The notes beneath the pieces are model-generated. The model saw only the letters and a program-made list of their open reading frames with translations. It was not told the DNA's origin and made no database searches. This document shows, one piece after another, positions 41,461 to 50,669 of a DNA stretch of 58,688 bases. The position numbers and the translations under genes are program-made. The stretch's first letter is position 1, and every line of letters begins with the position of its first letter. This stretch comes from Acetobacteraceae bacterium (GTDB lineage Bacteria; Pseudomonadota; Alphaproteobacteria; Acetobacterales; Acetobacteraceae): assembly GCA_003133265.1 (NCBI GenBank), contig PKWQ01000024.1:1-58688 (forward strand). Direction: 5' to 3'.

Positions 41461-41527
41461 TAGGGCGGATAAGCACTTGCGCCATCCGCCACAGCGACGG
41501 CGGATGGCGCTGCGCTTATCCGCCCTA
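41461..41527. repeat. REP/BIME-like long imperfect palindrome
   Basis: The arms are tagggcggataagc-actt-gcgccatccgcc and ggcggatggcgc-tgc-gcttatccgcccta, giving 14 + 12 bp of pairing around an 8-nt loop. It lies 8 nt after the VOC gene stop. Confidence 0.7.
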
Positions 41528-41546
41528 CCCAAAGGACTGCTCTCCA

Positions 41547-41768
41547 CCTTTGCCGACATCCAAACCGCCCCACGACCGGCTGCCGGCCGGCATGTTGCGT
41601 GAAAGATCACCAGGAGGTTAACTGCCGGCCAATCGGCCCATACCAGGACGCTCAACCTTGCCGCAGCTTTCGCTTCACACCCCCATCGGCGATCTCACTG
41701 TTTCCGAGGAAGACGGGGCGATCGTGGCGCTCGACTGGGGCTGGGGCCGGGATCAGACCGAGACCGCG
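41547..41768 (+). repeat. 222-bp direct repeat, copy 2 (functional ogt promoter and 5' end)
   Basis: See copy 1 at 40754-40975. Confidence 0.9.
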
Positions 41769-42128
41769 CTGCTGGTGCGTGCCCGCGCCCAGCTCCATGC
41801 CTATTTCGACTGCGAGCTGACGGCGTTCGATCTGCCGGTGGCGCCCGCCGGCACGCCCTATCGCCGCGCGGTCTGGCGGGCGTTGCAGACCATTCCCTAC
41901 GGTGCTACCCGCACCTACGGCCAACTGGCCGCGCTGGCCGGCGGCTCGGCCCGGTCGGTCGGCCAGGCCAACGGCGCCAATCCGATCCCGATCATCATTC
42001 CGTGCCATCGGGTGCTCGCCAGCAACGGGCTGGGTGGCTATTCAGGCGGCGACGGGTCCGATACCAAGCGCTATCTGCTCGATCTCGAAACCGGATCACA
42101 CCTTTTCACCCAACTGGCTCCCGCCTGA
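41658..42128 (+). CDS. ogt: methylated-DNA--protein-cysteine methyltransferase
   Basis: 156 aa with a TTG start. The active site is IIIPCHRV, preceded by ...TYGQLAALAG.SARSVGQANGANP. Confidence 0.9.
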   Translation: MPQLSLHTPIGDLTVSEEDGAIVALDWGWGRDQTETALLVRARAQLHAYFDCELTAFDLPVAPAGTPYRRAVWRALQTIPYGATRTYGQLAALAGGSARSVGQANGANPIPIIIPCHRVLASNGLGGYSGGDGSDTKRYLLDLETGSHLFTQLAPA

Positions 42129-42157
42129 AGCGGCGAGCCGAACGGAGTTACTCCAAG

Positions 42158-43129
42158 ATGACGAAAGCCATCCGCATACACGCCACCGGCGGCCCCGAGG
42201 TCATGGTGTGGGAAGACGTGCCGACACCGGAGCCCGGCGCCGGCGAGGTGCTGATCAAGCACGAGGCGGTCGGCCTGAACTATATCGACGTGTATTTCCG
42301 CAGCGGCCTGTACAAGGCGCCGTCCATGCCGCTGACCATCGGCATGGAGGGCGCGGGCACGGTGCTGGCGCTTGGCTCCGGCGTCACCTCGTTCGCCGTC
42401 GGCGACCGCGTCGCCTATGCCGGCCCGATCGGCGGCTACGCGACCGAGCGCACCATCGCCGCCGACCGCGTGATCAAGCTGCCCGCCGCCATCGACTTCA
42501 CCACCGGTGCGGCGATGATGCTGCAAGGCATGACCGCGCAGTACCTGCTGCGCCGCACCCATCGCGTGCAGCGGGGCGAGACCATCGTCATCCATGCCGC
42601 CGCCGGCGGCGTCGGCCTGATCATCTGCCAGTGGGCCAGGCATCTCGGCGCCACCGTCATCGGCGTGGTGTCCACCGCGGCGAAGGCCGAACTCGCCAAG
42701 GCGAACGGCGCCGACCACGTGCTGATCGGCCATGACAACCTGCCGGCCGAGGTCAAGCGCATCACCGGCGGCGCCATGGTCCCCGTCGTCTATGACAGCG
42801 TCGGCAAGGATACGTTCAACGCCAGCATCGACAGCCTGGCGCCGCTCGGCCTGATGGTCAGCTTCGGCAACGCCTCCGGTCCGGTGCCGCCGATCGATGT
42901 CGGCTTGCTCGGCGCCAAGGGCAGCCTGTACCTGACCCGCCCGAGCCTTGCGACCTACACCGCCAAGCGCGGCGATCTGGAAACCTGCGCCGGCGAGCTG
43001 ATCGACGTGGTCAGCAAGGGGATCGTGAAGATCCAGGTCAAGCAGACCTTCCCGCTGAAGGACGCCGCCGCCGCCCATCGGGCGCTGGAAGCACGCAAGA
43101 CGACGGGCAGCACCGTCCTGATCCCGTAA
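42158..43129 (+). CDS. qor: NADPH:quinone oxidoreductase (zeta-crystallin/MDR family)
   Basis: ORF 42002..43129 trimmed to MTKAIRIHATGGPEVMVWEDVPTPEPGAGEVLIKHEAVGLNYIDVYFRSGLY.... The nucleotide-binding motif is AAAGGVG. Confidence 0.88.
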   Translation: MTKAIRIHATGGPEVMVWEDVPTPEPGAGEVLIKHEAVGLNYIDVYFRSGLYKAPSMPLTIGMEGAGTVLALGSGVTSFAVGDRVAYAGPIGGYATERTIAADRVIKLPAAIDFTTGAAMMLQGMTAQYLLRRTHRVQRGETIVIHAAAGGVGLIICQWARHLGATVIGVVSTAAKAELAKANGADHVLIGHDNLPAEVKRITGGAMVPVVYDSVGKDTFNASIDSLAPLGLMVSFGNASGPVPPIDVGLLGAKGSLYLTRPSLATYTAKRGDLETCAGELIDVVSKGIVKIQVKQTFPLKDAAAAHRALEARKTTGSTVLIP

Positions 43130-43217
43130 CAGCGCGCGCCGGCTCGGCGTCGCGGGCAGGGCTGGGGCGAAACCCCGGCCCCTTTCCCGTTTCGCCGCGC
43201 CGGGCGATGCTGTCGGC

Positions 43218-44657
43218 ATGACCGATGCGCGCGCGACGACGGACCGTACTCCGGTGCGGACCTCTGGGCGAACACGGCTGACCGCGGTGATCGTGGCCAG
43301 CGCGTTCTTCATGCAGAACCTGGATTCCACGGTGATCGCCACCGCGCTGCCGACGATGGCCAAGGCATTCGGCGCCGATCCCGTGCATATGAACGTGGCG
43401 CTGACGTCCTATCTGCTCAGCCTGGCGGTGTTCATTCCCGCCAGCGGCTGGGTGGCCGACCGCTACGGCGCCCGCACCGTGTTCCGTGCCGCAATCGCCG
43501 TGTTCACGCTCGGCTCGATCCTGTGCGGCCGGGCGGAGTCGCTGCCCTTCCTGGTGTTCGCCCGCGTCATCCAGGGCGCCGGCGGGGCGATGATGATCCC
43601 GGTCGGGCGGCTGGTGCTGCTGCGCACCGCCGCCAAGCACGAGCTGGTGGCGGCGATGGCATGGCTGACCACGCCGGCGCTGATCGGCCCGATCCTCGGC
43701 CCGCCGGTCGGCGGCTTTATCGTCACCTATCTGTCCTGGCGCTGGATCTTCGACATCAACATCCCGATCGGCTTGCTGGGCATGGTGATGGTGACGCTGT
43801 TCGTCGAGGACGTGCGAGAGCCGCAGACCGCGCGCTTCGACCTGCTCGGGCTGATCCTGTCGGCGATCGCCCTGGCCAGCCTGATGGCTGGGTTCGAGAC
43901 CGTCGGCCGCGGCGTCGTCGGCCTCAACGTCACGCTGACGCTGCTGGCGGCCGGCCTCGTATCCGGCGTGCTGTATTGGCTGCACGCCCGCCGCCATCCG
44001 GCGCCGCTGCTGGATTTCTCGCTGTTCAAATACAAGAGTTTCGCCGTCGCCATCTGGGCCGGGTCGCTGTTTCGCATCGGCGTCGGCGCGATGCCGTTCC
44101 TGCTGCCGCTGATGCTGCAGGTGGCGTTCGGCGATACGGCGGTGCAGAGCGGCATGATCACCTTCGCCTCCGCGGCCGGTGCGTTCGTGATGAAGCCGGT
44201 GGCGCAGCGCGTGCTGCGCCGCTTCGGCTTCCGCGACACGCTGGTCTGCAACGCCGCAATCGCGGCGGTCATGCTGGGTCTGTGCGCCGCTTTCCGCCCG
44301 TCCTGGCCGGCGGCGGCGATGTATGTGGTGCTGCTGGTCGGCGGCTTTTTCCGCTCTTTGCAGTTCACCGCTTACAACACGCTGGCCTATGCCGAGACCC
44401 AGCGTGCGGAAATGAGCGCCGCGACCGGCCTCTACAGCACCGCCCAGCAGCTATCGCTGACCATCGGCATCTCGATCGGCGCGGCGTCGTTGCAGTTGGT
44501 GATGACGCTTTCCGGCCACGCGAGCCCCGGCGCCGGCGACTTCACCTTCGCCTTCCTGGTGATCGCCCTCCTGGCCCTGCTGGCATCGCCGATGTCGCTG
44601 CGCATGCCCCGCGCGGTCGGCGAGGACATGACCGGGGCGAAGCGCGACCAGCGCTAG
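43218..44657 (+). CDS. MFS transporter (drug:H+ antiporter-type, about 14 TM)
   Basis: 479 aa. The N-terminal motif is FFMQNLDSTVIATALPTMAKAF, followed by many hydrophobic segments. Confidence 0.85.
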   Translation: MTDARATTDRTPVRTSGRTRLTAVIVASAFFMQNLDSTVIATALPTMAKAFGADPVHMNVALTSYLLSLAVFIPASGWVADRYGARTVFRAAIAVFTLGSILCGRAESLPFLVFARVIQGAGGAMMIPVGRLVLLRTAAKHELVAAMAWLTTPALIGPILGPPVGGFIVTYLSWRWIFDINIPIGLLGMVMVTLFVEDVREPQTARFDLLGLILSAIALASLMAGFETVGRGVVGLNVTLTLLAAGLVSGVLYWLHARRHPAPLLDFSLFKYKSFAVAIWAGSLFRIGVGAMPFLLPLMLQVAFGDTAVQSGMITFASAAGAFVMKPVAQRVLRRFGFRDTLVCNAAIAAVMLGLCAAFRPSWPAAAMYVVLLVGGFFRSLQFTAYNTLAYAETQRAEMSAATGLYSTAQQLSLTIGISIGAASLQLVMTLSGHASPGAGDFTFAFLVIALLALLASPMSLRMPRAVGEDMTGAKRDQR

Positions 44658-45442
44658 GTCTTCTGCCCCAGCGCCTCCACCATCGCGATCGCCCCGCCCA
44701 GGCTGCTGGCCATGTCCGTGGGGATCAGCACCGTCGCCCCGCGATCCTTGTTCATCTCGTACAGCAGGTTCATCTGCCGCAGCTTCAGCGCGATCGGATC
44801 GCTGCCGTAGATCGCCGCCGCCGCCAGCACCTGGGAGGCGATTTCGCGTTCGGCGGACGCCAGCGTCACCCGCGCGTCCTTCTCCCGCTCCGCCTGGGCC
44901 TGGCGGCTCATCGCGTCCTGCAATTCGCGCGGGATCACCACGTCCTTGATCTCCACGCTGCGCGCCCGCACGCCCCAGCTTTCGGTCTTTTCCGAAATCG
45001 TCACCCGCAGCCGCTCGTCCGCCGACTTGCGGTCCGACAGCAGCCGCGACAGGTCGGTGGCGCCGATCATCTCGCGCAGGCTGGTCTGTGCCACGCGCTC
45101 GATCGCTTCCCGGTAGTTGGCGATGCGGATCGCCACGTGCTCGGCGTTCTCCACCTGCCAGAACACGATCGCATCGACCCCCACCGCCACGGTGTCGCGG
45201 GTCAGCGCCTGCTCGGCGGTGATGGTGGTGGTCTGGATCCGCATGTCCACCACCTGCGCGACACGATCGAGCACCGGGATCAGCAGATACAGGCCGGGCC
45301 CGCGCACGCCGGCGAACCGCCCGAGCCGCAGGACAACCGCGCGCTGCCACTCGTTTGCGATCCGAATGGACCGCAGCAGCACCAGCACGATGACGACGAC
45401 CAGCACGATGACGAATGGCGCGGCCGGGTGAAAACTGTCCAT
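44654..45442 (-). CDS. SPFH/band-7 (stomatin-like) membrane protein
   Basis: Only the 3' 789 nt of track ORF 44654..46837 is credible: MDSFHPAAPFVIVLVVVIVLVLL...EWQRAVVLRLGRF...PGLYLLIP..D....VDMR.... Confidence 0.85.
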   Translation of the reverse strand: MDSFHPAAPFVIVLVVVIVLVLLRSIRIANEWQRAVVLRLGRFAGVRGPGLYLLIPVLDRVAQVVDMRIQTTTITAEQALTRDTVAVGVDAIVFWQVENAEHVAIRIANYREAIERVAQTSLREMIGATDLSRLLSDRKSADERLRVTISEKTESWGVRARSVEIKDVVIPRELQDAMSRQAQAEREKDARVTLASAEREIASQVLAAAAIYGSDPIALKLRQMNLLYEMNKDRGATVLIPTDMASSLGGAIAMVEALGQKT

Positions 45443-45556
45443 ATGGCGATCTCCGGCGCGGTATGCGCCAGCGTGATTATACGCCAGAAGCGCACGCAAG
45501 CGTTTGCCGATGTCGGGTCCTGGCGTTATTGTCGTTCGGATATATCGGAGCCACGC

Positions 45557-46306
45557 ATGCGCCGCCTGCCGCTGATCCTCGCCCTGCTGCTGCCGGGTCT
45601 CGCGCAGGCGCGGGATTTGACGGTCTTTGCCGCCGCCAGCCTGACGGAGGCGATGAACGCCGCCGCCGCCGCCTGGGTGGCGCAGGGCCACGCCAGGCCG
45701 ACACTCTCCTACGGTTCCAGCTCCACCCTGGCGCGGCAGATCGAGCAGGGGGCGGGGGTCAATCTGTTCGCCTCCGCCGATCTGCGCTGGATGGAGTATC
45801 TGGCGAGCCGCGACCTGATCGTGCCGGAAACCCGCAGGAATCTGCTGTCCAACCGCCTGGTCCTGATCGTCCCCGCCGATCGTGCGCGCACGGTCGAGAT
45901 CAGGCCGGGCTTCGACCTCGCTTCCCTGCTCGGCGCCGACGGGCGGCTGGCGACGGGCGATCCCGCGCATGTTCCGGCCGGCATCTATGCGGAACAGGCG
46001 CTGAAGACGCTCGGCGTCTGGTCGCTCGCCGAACCCCGCCTCGCCCGCGCTGAGAACGTGCGCGCCGCGCTGCTGCTGGTCGAGCGCGGCGAGGCGCCGG
46101 CCGGCATCGTCTACGCCACCGACGCCGCCGCCAGCCGGGGTGTTGCGGTTGCCGGCGCCTTCCCCGAGGATAGCCACGATCCCATCGTCTATCCCTTCGC
46201 CGTGCCGCGTGGCGGCGATACGCCGGAGGCCCGCGCCCTGTTGAGTTTCCTGTCCGGACCCGAGGCACGGGCGATCTTCGCCCAGCGCGGCTTCAGCGCG
46301 GAGTAG
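45557..46306 (+). CDS. modA: molybdate ABC transporter substrate-binding protein
   Basis: This is the terminal part of track ORF 43523..46306: MRRLPLILALLLPGLAQA signal, then ...TVFAAASLTEAMN...YGSSSTLARQIEQGA..NLFASAD.... Confidence 0.88.
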   Translation: MRRLPLILALLLPGLAQARDLTVFAAASLTEAMNAAAAAWVAQGHARPTLSYGSSSTLARQIEQGAGVNLFASADLRWMEYLASRDLIVPETRRNLLSNRLVLIVPADRARTVEIRPGFDLASLLGADGRLATGDPAHVPAGIYAEQALKTLGVWSLAEPRLARAENVRAALLLVERGEAPAGIVYATDAAASRGVAVAGAFPEDSHDPIVYPFAVPRGGDTPEARALLSFLSGPEARAIFAQRGFSAE

Positions 46307-46364
46307 GGCGATCCTCGATCTTCTGTCCCCCGACGAACTGCTGGCGCTGCGTCTGACCCTCGGT

Positions 46365-47006
46365 GTGGCGGCGCGCGCGGTCGGCTTCGGCCTGCCGGTG
46401 GCGCTGCTCGCCGCCTGGATCCTGGCCCGCTTCCGCTTCCCCGGGCATTTCCTGCTCAACGCGCTGGCGCATCTGCCGCTGGTGCTGCCGCCCGTCGTCA
46501 CCGGCTGGCTGCTGCTGCTGCTGTTCGGCGTGCGCGGACCGGTCGGTGCCTGGCTACAGGCGACATTCGGCGTCCGGCTGGTGTTCACCACCGCCGGCGC
46601 GTCGCTGGCCTGCGCGGTGATGGTGTTTCCGCTGATGCTGCGCGCCATTCGCCAGTCGCTGGATACGATCGACCCCCGCCTGGAGCAGGCCGCGAGCAGC
46701 CTGGGCGCCGGTGCGCTCGATCGCTTCGTCAGCATCACCCTGCCGCTCGCCGCGCCGGGGGTGCTGATCGGCGCCCTCACCGGCTTCGTCGCCTCGCTCG
46801 GCGAGTTCGGCGCCGTTATCACCTTCGCCGCCTCCATCCCCGGCCAGACCCAGACGCTGCCGCTGGCGATCTACGCCGCGATGCAGACCCCCGGCGGCGA
46901 GGCCGCCGCCGCGCGCCTGTCGCTTATTTCGATCGCGCTCGCGCTTGTCGGTCTGCTGGCGGCGGAATGGGTCGGGCGGCGTCTGCGCGCGCGGGTCGGC
47001 CTGTGA
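46365..47006 (+). CDS. modB: molybdate ABC transporter permease
   Basis: It contains LPLVLPPVVTGWLLLLLFG and the EAA-type region AASSLGAGALDRFVSITLPLAAPG. The true start is probably upstream of the GTG at 46365, because the N-terminal LSPDELLALRLTLGV is in frame, but no canonical start is seen. Confidence 0.8.
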   Translation: MAARAVGFGLPVALLAAWILARFRFPGHFLLNALAHLPLVLPPVVTGWLLLLLFGVRGPVGAWLQATFGVRLVFTTAGASLACAVMVFPLMLRAIRQSLDTIDPRLEQAASSLGAGALDRFVSITLPLAAPGVLIGALTGFVASLGEFGAVITFAASIPGQTQTLPLAIYAAMQTPGGEAAAARLSLISIALALVGLLAAEWVGRRLRARVGL

Positions 47007-48082
47007 CCCTGTCCGTCGCCTTCCGCCAGGATTTCGCCGAGCTGACGCTGGATATCGCGTTCGACGTGCCCACCGCCGGCACCACCGTGCTGTTCGGCCG
47101 CTCCGGCTGCGGCAAGACCAGCACTCTCGGCGCCGTCGCCGGCCTGCTGCGTCCCGCCGATTGCCGCATAGAGATCGACGGCACGGTGCTGGCGGATACC
47201 GCGTCCGGCCTGTTCGTCGCCCCCGAACGCCGGCGCATCGGTTTGGTGTTCCAGGACGCCCGGCTGTTCCCGCATATGACGGTCGAGGCCAATTTGCGCT
47301 ATGGCCTGCGCCGGGCGCCGGCAGGCACCATCCGCTTCGACGACGTCGTGGACTTGCTGGGTCTTGCCGGGTTGCTGGCGCGCCGGCCGCACACGCTTTC
47401 GGGCGGCGAGCGCCAGCGCGTCGCCATCGGCCGCGCCCTGCTCTCCCAGCCGCGCCTGCTGGCCATGGACGAGCCGCTGTCCAATCTCGATGCCGAGCGC
47501 AAGGCGGAAGTGCTGCCCTATCTCGCCAGCCTGCGGCACGCGCTCGATCTGCCGATCCTCTATGTCACCCATTCGCTGGACGAGGTGTTTCGGCTGGCCG
47601 ACACGCTGGTGCTGATCGATGCGGGGCGCGTGGTGGAAGCCGGGCCGGCGTCCGTGTTGCTGTCGCGCGCCGATCTGCCGATCGCGCGGCACGACGAGGC
47701 TGCGGCGGTGCTGCTGGCGCGCATCGTCCAGCACGATCCCGCCCGGCAGCTGACCACGCTGGAGGCCGGCGGGTGCCGGCTGCTGGTGCCGTTGCAGGAC
47801 GCCCCGCCCGGAACCAGGGTCCGCGCCCGCGTCCCCGCGCGCGAGGTGATCCTCGCCGCCGAGGCGCCGCACAGCATCAGCCTGCACAACGTCATTCAGG
47901 GCACGGTGCGCGGCGTGGTCGAGGACCGGCTACGGCATGCCGCGCTGGTGGAGGTGGCGATCGGCGATCAGGGCCTGCTCGCCCGGGTCACGCCCGACGC
48001 GGTCGCGCGGCTGGCACTGGCGCCCGGCACGCCGGTCCTGGCGCTGATCAAGTCGATGGCGATCGAGGTGCTGCCGGGCTGA
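47003..48082 (+). CDS. modC: molybdate ABC transporter ATP-binding protein
   Basis: ORF 46967..48082 trimmed to GTG at 47003 (GTGA overlap with modB). It has Walker A GRSGCGKTS, signature LSGGERQRV, Walker B LLAMDEP and a C-terminal Mop-like domain. Confidence 0.88.
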   Translation: MTLSVAFRQDFAELTLDIAFDVPTAGTTVLFGRSGCGKTSTLGAVAGLLRPADCRIEIDGTVLADTASGLFVAPERRRIGLVFQDARLFPHMTVEANLRYGLRRAPAGTIRFDDVVDLLGLAGLLARRPHTLSGGERQRVAIGRALLSQPRLLAMDEPLSNLDAERKAEVLPYLASLRHALDLPILYVTHSLDEVFRLADTLVLIDAGRVVEAGPASVLLSRADLPIARHDEAAAVLLARIVQHDPARQLTTLEAGGCRLLVPLQDAPPGTRVRARVPAREVILAAEAPHSISLHNVIQGTVRGVVEDRLRHAALVEVAIGDQGLLARVTPDAVARLALAPGTPVLALIKSMAIEVLPG

Positions 48083-49958
48083 GCCCGCGCGACCCGGCGC
48101 GGTCCTTGCCGAATTCCGCCACCAGTTCGCGGATCTTCTCCGCGTCCTGCTGCTCCATGACCCGCCGCGCGAACCGCGCGCAATCGTCGATTTCCACCGC
48201 GCGCACCGCGAGCTTCACCCGCGGCACGGCGGAGGCATTGACCGAGAAGCTGCGCAGCCCGAGCCCGAGCAGCAGCGGCGTCAGCGCCGGGTTGCCGGCG
48301 ATCTCGCCGCAGACCGACACCGGCATCCGCATGCGCAGCGCCGCCTCGGTGGCGAACTGCACCAGCCGCAGCACCGCCGGGTGCAGCGGGTCGTAAAGCC
48401 CGGCCACATCCGCGTCGCCGCGATCCACCGCCAGCGTGTAGGCGGTCAGATCGTTGGTGCCGATGGCGAAGAAATCCGCCTCCAGCGCCAGCGCATCGGC
48501 GGCCAGCGCGGCGCCGGGGGTTTCGATCATGATGCCGAGCGGCGGCAGCTTCTCCGGCATGCGCTCGCCGCGCCGGCGCAGGCGGCGGGCGACCCGTTCA
48601 TAGATCTCGCGCGCGGCGCGCACCTCGGCGACGTTGGTCACCATCGGCAGCATGACCCGTACCGACCCGAAGGCGGCGGCGCGCAGGATGGCGGCAAGCT
48701 GGGTCTCGAACAGTTCGGGCTGGCGCAGCAGCAGGCGGATGCCACGGATGCCCAACGCCGGATTGACGTCGGCGATCTCCGGCACGATGCCCTCGTTGGT
48801 CAGGGCCTCGATATCCTTCTCCCCGCCCCAGTCCAGCACCCGGATGGTGACGGGATCGCCGCCCATCGCGTCCACCACGCCACGGTAGGTGTCGAACTGC
48901 GCGTCCTCGTCCGGCACGCTTTCGCGGTTCATGAACATGAACTCGCTGCGGAACAGCCCGATCCCCACCGCGCCGGACTGGGCGATCAACGGCAGTTCGA
49001 CCGGGATTTCCAGATTGGCCTGCAATTCCACCGCCTCGCCGTCCAGCGTCTCGGCGGGCAGGCGGCGCAGGCGGGCGAAGCGCTGGCGTTCGCGGGCGAA
49101 GGCGGTCACCGCGCGGCGCGCGGCGGCGAGCGTGGCCGGGGATGGGTTCAGCACCACCTTCCCCGCGCCGCCGTCCACCACCGCCACATCGCCCGGCCGG
49201 ATCGCCTGGACCAGTCCGGTCGCGCCGAGGACCGCCGGCATGCCGAGCGCGCGCAGCATCACCGCCGTGTGCCCGTCGGCCCCGCCTTCCTCGGCGACGA
49301 CCCCGGCCAGCCGCGACGGGTCGAGCAGCGCCGCATCCGCCGGGCGCAGCGCCTCGGCCACCAGCACCGCGCCTTCGGGCAGGCCGGCGAAGCTGCGGAA
49401 CGGCACATGCGTCAGGTTGCGGACTAGACGCCGGCCGATCTCGCGCACCTCGTCGGCGCGACGGCGCACGCTCGCCCGTTCCTCGGTTCCGGCATCCGCC
49501 GCGCCCTGCCCCTGGATCGCCAGGGCAATCTCCTCGGTCTCCTCCACGACGGCGTTTTCCGCCGACCGAAGCATTTCCGCCACCCGCCGGCGCGCGCCGC
49601 GCACCAGCCGGGAGGGGCCGATCATCTGGATGTAGCCGTCCAGCAGCGGCGCGATCTCCGCCTGGCTCTCTTCCGGCAGCACCGCGAGCCGGGCCTTGAG
49701 CTTGTTGAGCTGTTTGCGCGACTGGACGATCGCGGCATCGAGCCGCGCGGTTTCGCCGGCGATGTCGGCGGCCTGGATTCTCAGCCGGGTGATTTCCGCC
49801 GGGGCCTCGGTGGTGCCGAACATCGGCCCGATCGCCACCCCCGCCGAGATGGCGATGCCGGTGAAGACCATCTCGGGCCGCTCGGCGGCCAAACGGGCCG
49901 CGCGCGCCATGCGCTTGTGCTGCGGCGGCGGCGGTGGCGATGGCTCAGTCTTGTTCAT
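48048..49958 (-). CDS. phosphoenolpyruvate--protein phosphotransferase (PTS enzyme I; no obvious GAF domain)
   Basis: 636 aa with ...GGADGHTAVMLRALGMPAV... (phosphohistidine region) and a C-terminal PEP-utilising TIM-barrel region ...FFAIGTNDLTAYTLAVDR... Confidence 0.88.
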   Translation of the reverse strand: MNKTEPSPPPPPQHKRMARAARLAAERPEMVFTGIAISAGVAIGPMFGTTEAPAEITRLRIQAADIAGETARLDAAIVQSRKQLNKLKARLAVLPEESQAEIAPLLDGYIQMIGPSRLVRGARRRVAEMLRSAENAVVEETEEIALAIQGQGAADAGTEERASVRRRADEVREIGRRLVRNLTHVPFRSFAGLPEGAVLVAEALRPADAALLDPSRLAGVVAEEGGADGHTAVMLRALGMPAVLGATGLVQAIRPGDVAVVDGGAGKVVLNPSPATLAAARRAVTAFARERQRFARLRRLPAETLDGEAVELQANLEIPVELPLIAQSGAVGIGLFRSEFMFMNRESVPDEDAQFDTYRGVVDAMGGDPVTIRVLDWGGEKDIEALTNEGIVPEIADVNPALGIRGIRLLLRQPELFETQLAAILRAAAFGSVRVMLPMVTNVAEVRAAREIYERVARRLRRRGERMPEKLPPLGIMIETPGAALAADALALEADFFAIGTNDLTAYTLAVDRGDADVAGLYDPLHPAVLRLVQFATEAALRMRMPVSVCGEIAGNPALTPLLLGLGLRSFSVNASAVPRVKLAVRAVEIDDCARFARRVMEQQDAEKIRELVAEFGKDRAGSRGLSPAAPRSPST

Positions 49959-50250
49959 GGAAGCCGGACTCGACCAGTTCGGCCAGGGCGTCCATCGCCT
50001 CCTTGGCGTCCCAGCCCTCGGCGCGCAGCGCCAGCGTCGCTCCCTGACCGGCGCCCAGCATCATCAGTCCCATGATCGAACGAGCCGAGACCGATTGCCC
50101 GTCGCGGCACACCTCCACCGAGGCGCCGAACCGCTCCGCCAGGGTGACGAACTTCGCGGCGGCGCGTGCGTGCAGTCCGCGCTTGTTCGGCACGGTCACG
50201 CAGCGGGTCAGGACGGCTGCCCTGGACGGCTCGGCGCCGTCCGAACTCAT
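49945..50250 (-). CDS. HPr-family phosphocarrier protein
   Basis: ORF trimmed to MSSDGAEP... at 50250 (ATGA overlap with the EIIA gene). It contains ...VTVPNKRGLHARAAAKFV... and ...SARSIMGLMMLGA..G. Confidence 0.85.
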   Translation of the reverse strand: MSSDGAEPSRAAVLTRCVTVPNKRGLHARAAAKFVTLAERFGASVEVCRDGQSVSARSIMGLMMLGAGQGATLALRAEGWDAKEAMDALAELVESGFHEQD

Positions 50251-50669
50251 CCACAGCCACCGTTGATCTTGCCGCCATGCAGGACGTGCGATGCCGCGGC
50301 GATGTATTTCCGTCCCGCCTGCTGCGCGCACTCCACCGCCGTTTCCAGATTCTCGCAGGAACGCACCTTAGCCAGCTTCACCAGCATCGGCAGGTTCACC
50401 CCGGCGATCACCTCGACATGCTTGCGGTCCATCATGGAGATGGCGAGGTTGGACGGCGTGCCGCCGAACATGTCGGTCAGCAGCACCACCCCGTCGCCGG
50501 TATCGCAGCGGTCGATGCAATGTTCGATCTCCGTTCGGCGGCCCTCCATATCGTCCTCCGGGCCGATGCAGACGGTGTCGACGTTCCGTTGCGCGCCCAC
50601 CACATGTTCCATGGCGGATCGCAGCTCGTCGGCCAGGTGGCCGTGAGTGACCAGAACCAGGCCGATCAT
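50247..50669 (-). CDS. PTS mannose-family EIIA component
   Basis: 140 aa: MIGLVLVTHGHLADEL...VLLTDMFGGTPSN.... Confidence 0.85.
   Translation of the reverse strand: MIGLVLVTHGHLADELRSAMEHVVGAQRNVDTVCIGPEDDMEGRRTEIEHCIDRCDTGDGVVLLTDMFGGTPSNLAISMMDRKHVEVIAGVNLPMLVKLAKVRSCENLETAVECAQQAGRKYIAAASHVLHGGKINGGCG

Noticed and set aside
41599-42008. ORFs 41599..41820 (+) and 41652..42008 (-), together with the matching 40722..41021 (+) and 40718..41053 (-).
   Set aside because: They are alternative-frame or antisense readings of the duplicated ogt 5' region. Their similarity to each other merely reflects the 222-bp DNA repeat.
46305-46364. An upstream extension of modB (in-frame ...ILDLLSPDELLALRLTLG) that would give a more typical N-terminus.
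   Set aside because: No ATG, GTG or TTG start lies in that stretch; there is only a CTG at 46323. I kept the ORF-track start and flagged the uncertainty.
43523-46837. A 927-aa plus-strand ORF (43523..46306) and a 727-aa minus-strand ORF (44654..46837) spanning the MFS, SPFH and modA genes.
   Set aside because: Only the terminal parts are credible: modA from 45557 and the SPFH gene from 45442. The remainder overlaps the well-supported MFS, modA and modB genes in other frames and is compositionally non-protein-like.
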